DNA of 56,644 nt, filler included, from Sphacelaria rigidula (taxonomy: Eukaryota): assembly GCA_964200075.2 (NCBI GenBank). It is 3 parts of 3 records of this genome, joined end to end, with 100 filler letters (N's around TTAATTAATTAA, not from the genome) between each part and the next. Parts side by side here need not be neighbours in the genome. Positions count along the whole stretch, not along the records: positions 37,832 to 56,644 come from CAXNAA020000786.1; 2 more parts are not named here. The stretch is one strand, 5' to 3'. The translations under genes and the position numbers were made by a program. Below the pieces are notes generated by a model. It saw nothing but the letters and a program-made list of their open reading frames with translations, ran no database searches and was not told where the DNA came from. Positions 50,650 to 56,644 of this stretch are shown here, in pieces; position 1 is the first letter of the stretch; every line of letters begins with the position of its first letter.

Positions 50650-51128
50650 CGTTAGACCCACTTTTATGGCAACGAGTCCCGATTTTTACAAATATGAGGA
50701 TTTCAGTCGATCTACAGGCGATTTTCTCCCGTGGATTGATTTTTCGGACCCCAGTCCAATGGACAATGTTTTCCGGCTAGCTATAGGCAAATCAGACCAT
50801 TTCTCCGATTCTATTCTATTGACGTTGACTTTTGGTTTATCACATTTCTGCCCAAATCGGGACACTCCCGCATCTCCCCCGATTTTTTTTTTTAAATTGG
50901 GGGAGATGCGGGAGTGTCCCGATTTATTTCAGCAGAACGGTGACGTATCGAAAGTCAACGCCCAGAAAATCGGAGAATTGATCTGGTTTGTTCAAAGCTA
51001 GCCGAAAAACATTGCCCAACGGACTGGGGTCCGAAAAAGCAATCCACGAGAGGAAATCGCCTATAGATGGGCTGAAGTCCTCATATTTGTAAAAATCGGG
51101 ACTCGTTGCCATAAAAGTGGGTCTAACG
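50650..51128. mobile_element. Foldback/palindromic element (arms about 230 bp, loop about 18 nt)
   Basis: cgttagacccacttttatggcaacgagtcccgatttttacaaatatgagga / tcctcatatttgtaaaaatcgggactcgttgccataaaagtgggtctaacg, with inner stem aaatcgggacactcccgcatctccccc / gggggagatgcgggagtgtcccgattt. Confidence 0.88.
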
Positions 51129-51699
51129 GGAGTGATTGTCTAAGGCAAGTCTATGGCAAGCCTCAGGCAAGCCTCAGGCATCCCGAGCTATAAACTAAGG
51201 CATTTCAGGCATGAATACGGGGTAAGGCATGCCTTAGTAGTTGCCTGAGGCCAACTTTTTTGCCGAAGACGTGCCTTAAACGGTTTGCATTAGACCCCCC
51301 TTCGGCATGTCTCATCGGTCATGGCCTAAAGGCGAAGAAAGAATACAGTTATTTTTTATCGATCGGCAACCAAGCTAACCCCGATCATGCTCCTGCCGTC
51401 TATTGCCTTACCCTTGATATACGCCAAAACCATGCAACGTATAAATAATTAATGATGTCCTGCTGGAAAATGGACGCTTCACACATTCACGGTAGTATAC
51501 ACATTGCAAGCACACTGCACACGTGGTATCCCCAAGCATGAAACGTGTGTTGTCGTCTCATCCATCGAAATGCGGCCTAATAAAATGAAACCGGTTCGGT
51601 TCTACAGAGAACCCAATTCGTAATTCTGTAGTTCTTGTGCTCTGGAGGCGAGCATGGGCCACACAGCATCGGCAAAGCAACGTAGTGTCTCGCGCAAAA

Positions 51700-51893
51700 A
51701 TGAGTGGTATAGAGGAAGATGAGAGCGGTGGGGGCGTGATGATTGTGTTTTCGACCAATTCGGATAAGCAGAGCGAGGTAAGCGAGGCCATACGGCACGC
51801 TGCCCAGGCGCTGAGACGGCACAGGTTGACTGTCACGGAACACGACAGCAGCCTGGATAAGTATGGCGTTAAGAAGTCTGCCCCCAAGCCGAG
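51700..51893 (+). CDS. Possible first exon of an unidentified gene
   Basis: aaaaATG start, protein-like MSGIEEDESGGGVMIVFSTNSDKQSEVSEAIRHAAQALRRHRL..., followed by donor AG|gtgtgt. No downstream exon identified. Confidence 0.35.
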
Positions 51894-52149
51894 GTGTGTA
51901 TATGCCCTCGGATGCATTACGTGTGTGTTTACGTGTGCCTGTGCCAGCTGTAGATATAATACTCAAGCAATACGGTACAGTACGGTACGGTACACTACTC
52001 TAAATGAAATGTCAAGTCGCTCTTTATTTGAATTCCAAGTTGTGTTGGTTTTTCGTGCACATGTAGATACACCCATGTTGCAGTCTAGGAAAATAATGAC
52101 GATACAAACATTTCTTGTCTTGTGCAGCAGTCGAAGATTTCAAGGGCAG

Positions 52150-52349
52150 GTAGGGTAGGGTATACCGAATACTCGGTATTCTTGAAAGGTCATACTCGTG
52201 GTACCCAAACGTTGGGGTAGGGTATCGAAATCTTACCCAAACTCCCCAAAAATTGGATAGAATGTTTCAGATCATATCCAACATACCCGAAGTTTTGGGG
52301 GAGTATCAAGGTCATACCCGAGTGATCCTCTATGTCCAGGTATTGCTGA

Positions 52350-52410
<61 letters not shown>

Positions 52411-54625
52411 GTCCTCCCTTCTATTCTGGGAGCCGGTCCACACTTTTCGGTATATGTGGGCGCACCAGCCGGGGCCACACAGGAGGAAGGTCGACACAGG
52501 AGCTTTTTTTTTTTTAATTTGTTTTTAGTACCCCACCTTCCTCCTGCGGTGCTTGCCTTCATTTTTTTATCGCGGAAGGGGTTCAGCAATCCCTTTCCCT
52601 CGTCGACCGTCAAGTCGAATTTTGCATTCGTAGGACAGCTCATGAGCTAGCTCATCTGTTGGCGGTAGCTCACTTGTAGTCAAACATGCACATGTGAGCT
52701 ATGTCCGATAGCTCAACACAAGGTGAAGGTGCGCTGATGAGCTACGAGTTGGTAGCTCACCCAGGGCGAATATGAGCTGATGAACTACAGGTTGGCGGCT
52801 CACCTATCGCAAACGTGCGTAGCTCATACAGCTCCCGTAGCTCACTCAGTGCAAACATGTGCAGCTCGTGTAGCTCTCACAGCTCACCCCGAGAAAACAT
52901 GCGCGGATGAGCTACGTCCGGTAGCTCACCCAAGGCAAACATGCGTAGCTCACCTAGCACTTGTAGCTCACTCTGGAAATACATGTGTAGCTCACGCACT
53001 TCTTACAGCTTACCCAGGAAAAACACATGCGGATGACCTACGCTCGATAGCTCACCCAAGGCAAACATGTGCTCATGTGAGTATGTGTAATCCCGTCTTC
53101 CACATCGATCGCCTGTTGCGAAGGATCCAGATGCACGGCGTCATTTCCGACTGAAGCGCGGCTAGAGCTGCTGCTCCCCGCGGTCGCCATGCAAGGCGAA
53201 TTGTGTGTGTGGTTGTGTGTGTATGTGGTGGCTATGATGCGGATGATTTCTGATGCAGCCATGTTGATCGTTGATGTTCACAAAAAGCAAATCCATCGCT
53301 ACACAAAACGGAACAGGTGTGTGCACGCACATCTAACCGTTGTCACGTACGCACAATATCAACGTGCATGAGAATCGGAACAGAAAGACTCCAAGATCGG
53401 CGTAGCTCCCGCCGCTCTTTAGCTCAACCAGTGCAATCATGCGTAGCTCCTGTAGCTCTCATAGCACATCCAAGGGCAAACATGCGTAGCTCATGCAGTT
53501 CTCATAGCTCATCTTGTGTATCCACAACATAGTCGCTCTCCACCGTTGGGCATTGTGTCAGGAAAAATCCCAGATCGCTCCGAGAATTGAACCCACGACT
53601 CAATTGTCAGAAGGATTCGAGATTACCAACTGAGCCACCAGGGCGACCGGCTGAGAGTGCTTACCCAATATTTGGGTAGAGTATTGAAGTCATGCCCAAA
53701 TGATACTCCATACCCCTGTATTGCTTAGGTTACTCGCCCAATATTTGAGTAGAGTATGTGAGGTCGTACCCAAACTACCCAAAATATGGGTAGAGTATTT
53801 GAGGCCGTACCCGATCTACCCAAACCTTGGGTAGAGTAAATACCCGAGTATTTTACCCGATTATTCAAAAGTGCATACGCTACTCGACCTGCCCTTGACT
53901 TTTTCGATCGAAAGCCTGCGGAGGGAAGGTACGAAGGGGCACTTGACTCCTGTCTTGCAGACCACCACGCCCAATACCACCCGTTCACAGAGCCATCATG
54001 CAAACCTCAGACCTCAGAACTCACTCTCAACTACCACCGCAACCCTGCAGCATAGAGCACGAGTTGGGTACAGGGATAAATACACTGCAGTAGTTGGGTA
54101 TGATATGTTTATTCTTGTCGGCGAAAAGTTGAACATATTTTTCATGGTAGTGATCGGGCACGGAACTGCGTGGTGAGGTGGACGACTGACTTGCGTACAC
54201 TCATGGACAGTACAGGTAGTACAAAGCTGCAAGCTGTTCAAGTCCTTTTCACGTCGCCTTGTAAGCAGGGAGTACAGATAGTCCTGTGCTGTCTGCACTG
54301 CACGTTGCCCCCTTCTCTTTCACATCCTACAGCACGGAACACGCACACACACACTCAGGCACACCGTATGAATACAGCGCAGACAGTACAGTACTGTACT
54401 GTAGACAAGCGAACAAGTGCCACTCCACGAATTTCACTGTCGTTTTAATGATCGAAAAATAATGTGCGAAGACACGGCCTTACCCAATACTTGGTTAGAG
54501 TAGTTTAGATGATACCCGACATATCCAAATTTTGGGAAGAGTATTGAGGTCATACCCAAGTGGTAACTCCATAACAAGGTATTGTTGAGAGTGCTTACCC
54601 AATATTTGGGTAGAGTATTTGAGGT
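52150..54625. repeat. Degenerate tandem array (tacccaa.atttgggtagagtatt motif) split by later insertions
   Basis: Units at about 52150-52350, 53653-53870 and 54480-54625. Confidence 0.7.
52352..53652 (-). mobile_element. tRNA-derived SINE with (CA)n tail and an ~880-bp internal gtagctca repeat block
   Basis: The minus strand starts agccggtcgccctggtggctcagttggtaa...ggttcaattctc. (TG)n at 52352-52408. Flanked by gctgacagtg/gctgagagtg (TSD-like). Block about 52635-53513 is absent from the 22261 copy. Confidence 0.82.
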
Positions 54626-55965
54626 TTTAGACAGCGACTCCCCCCGCAGGTGGATTGAGTTGGACTATGCCACATTTGGGGTTCAAAACTGCTCTTTTCT
54701 CGCTACACAAAACGACTTTTTCATGAACATTTGGATATTTGCCATATATTAATATATAGAATATAGTTCCGGAGAACCCCTTACCAGTTTTGACCCTGCA
54801 GTCAATTGCGTGCAGAGTCGGCATGTATGTGTGCTGTATGTCTTCACGGGATACAACGGCGAAAGACCGTATGAGTGTGCCATCGCTCTCCACTGAACAC
54901 AATTTACTGCATGCTACTGAGGTCTCTGCCTAGTGCTCAACAACAACACTACAGGTAGTAACAGCCGATTTTAAATTTTGGGGTTCAACATTAAAATGGG
55001 GCTCAAGTCGCATTTCTCTATTGCAGGGAAGATACGAAAGAGTAACACAAAGCGAAAGTATCTTCCCCCCCAAAACTCCGTAGGAGGACTTAACCGTCAG
55101 ACCGCGAGAGTAGGTCACCTGCTGAATCGGCATCAATATTCACTTGGAAAAAGTACACTTGGTCCAGATGGACTACGGGCACCGGGGTCCAAGGATTAAG
55201 CAACTCTGGCTAGGCGCACCCAACGAATGCGGCGTACACGCGTGTTGATGACGATACCACCAGAGAGAGAAGTAACGACAGAGAGGAAGCTCCTCGCCCG
55301 TGTCCTTTGCNNNNNNNNGCTCGAGAGACTCGCATCATCGATGTTACTACCATGTACCCAATTTCCCATGTATGTTGTCCCAGAACACCAAGAGCTGCGG
55401 AGAGATTTCGGCTCTTCTTGCTTTCTGGATGCGAAGATCGATTTCTCTCTGCCTCTCTTTTTGGACAAGACGCGCGTCTGTGCACTGAAGAACATGTCGT
55501 TGAAAAACAGGGCAATGTTCGCGTCACCGCTACTACTGTACTCTGTCACACACATGCCAGCAAGGGCGGTGCTGCGGCAATAACAGATAGATCTAATTTG
55601 AACTTAGGGGGTGTTATTCATCCTTGATTCTCCCCAACCTCCCCCTCCCGCCAACGGGGCGCTTGACGGCACGCCAGTTGGGATGTGTATGCGTGAGAGA
55701 TCAAAAACTTGTAGGGACCTTTTTGACATGCAGAGTGAAAAAAGATACCTATCGTGGTGACTTAACTGTTGCTAGCGTGGCGCATAGGCAATCTGCAGCA
55801 CACATACGGTGGTCGCGTCGACAGCTCGGTACAGCACGCGTACCTTCCCATAGGTGATAATTATGCCGATGTCAAGAGATCATGGATTATCACAACTCGA
55901 AAGGAGAGACGAGAGTGCTCTACGATCAACCGCATGTCGTTGCATTCGAGACCCACGCCATCAAC

Positions 55966-56644
55966 CGCCGACAGCAAGGGTCTTGTGGCTTTCACGCGAC
56001 GCTGTCGGCGGTACGCCAGGCAAACCGGATCATAGCTACCTCCCGTCTGCGCAGTGGTGGTCACGCTAACAGACTGCACCGATTTCGCAAGACCTGAGAA
56101 AGCTAGAGAGTTTGGTTTTCATGAGCTATATGCACAAGATGAAAACGGTTCTGAAAACCTGAGGGAGGGTGGCTTCCCTGTCCCCCAGCCAGGCATCGAT
56201 GAACAAGGAACGACTTTTTCAGGCGGGTACAACCCTTATGGGGGCCCGGAGAAGTTTCTTTCCATGAAAATCTGTGTCTTCGAAGCTGCAAAGTGTTCCA
56301 AGCGCATGGTTCTTCAATACGAACAGTAACTTGTCGAATTATGTTCCGTTGTTCGAGCATTGTCCGACGCTGATGCCGGAAAAGTTTCGTTTTGCTGTTC
56401 GACAGGTTCTTCTGATGTTCAACTGGACCTCAAGCGGACACCTTCCCTCAGGTTTTCAGAACCGTTTTCATCTTGTGCATATAGCTCATAAAAACCAAAC
56501 TCTCTAGCTTTTTCAGGTCTTGCGAAATCGGTGCAGTCTGGTAGAGTGACCACCACTGCGCAGACGGGAGGTAGCTATGATCCGGTTTGCCTGGCGTACC
56601 GCCGACAGCGTCGCGTGAAAGCCACAAGACCCTTGCTGTCGGCG
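55966..56644. mobile_element. Young foldback element with at least 205-bp near-identical TIRs, running off the window end
   Basis: 55966-56170 is the reverse complement of 56440-56644 with only a few mismatches; spacer about 270 bp. Confidence 0.88.

Noticed and set aside
52253-53154. CVCV, THTH and VAH-repeat ORFs
   Set aside because: Translations of a (TG)n microsatellite and the gtagctca repeat block.

Overview
Repeat-rich eukaryotic genomic DNA. It most resembles a brown alga (inferred from short exons in long introns, a WSC-domain gene with an RKLQ propeptide motif, and TTAGGG-type repeats). The first ~18 kb is a nest of decayed Ty3/Gypsy LTR retrotransposons: one chromodomain-type element at about 55-3800, and two related elements lying tail-to-tail at about 7.0-14.5 kb (+) and 15.4-18.4 kb (-). 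The + element carries what appears to be a degenerate C5 cytosine DNA-methyltransferase domain (10562-11401) between its RT remnant and integrase; this is the most interesting feature. Two spliced host genes can be built by hand. One is an 8-exon BCP1/BCCIP homologue (24893-32885, -). The other has at least 13 exons (38651-46834, +) and encodes a propeptide, a reprolysin-like metzincin domain that has lost all zinc ligands, and two WSC domains. The rest is MITEs and foldback elements (including a group with GA...TC ends and 4-bp TSDs), tRNA-derived SINEs, tandem repeats and assembly gaps. All calls come from manual translation and motif recognition; no database search was run.
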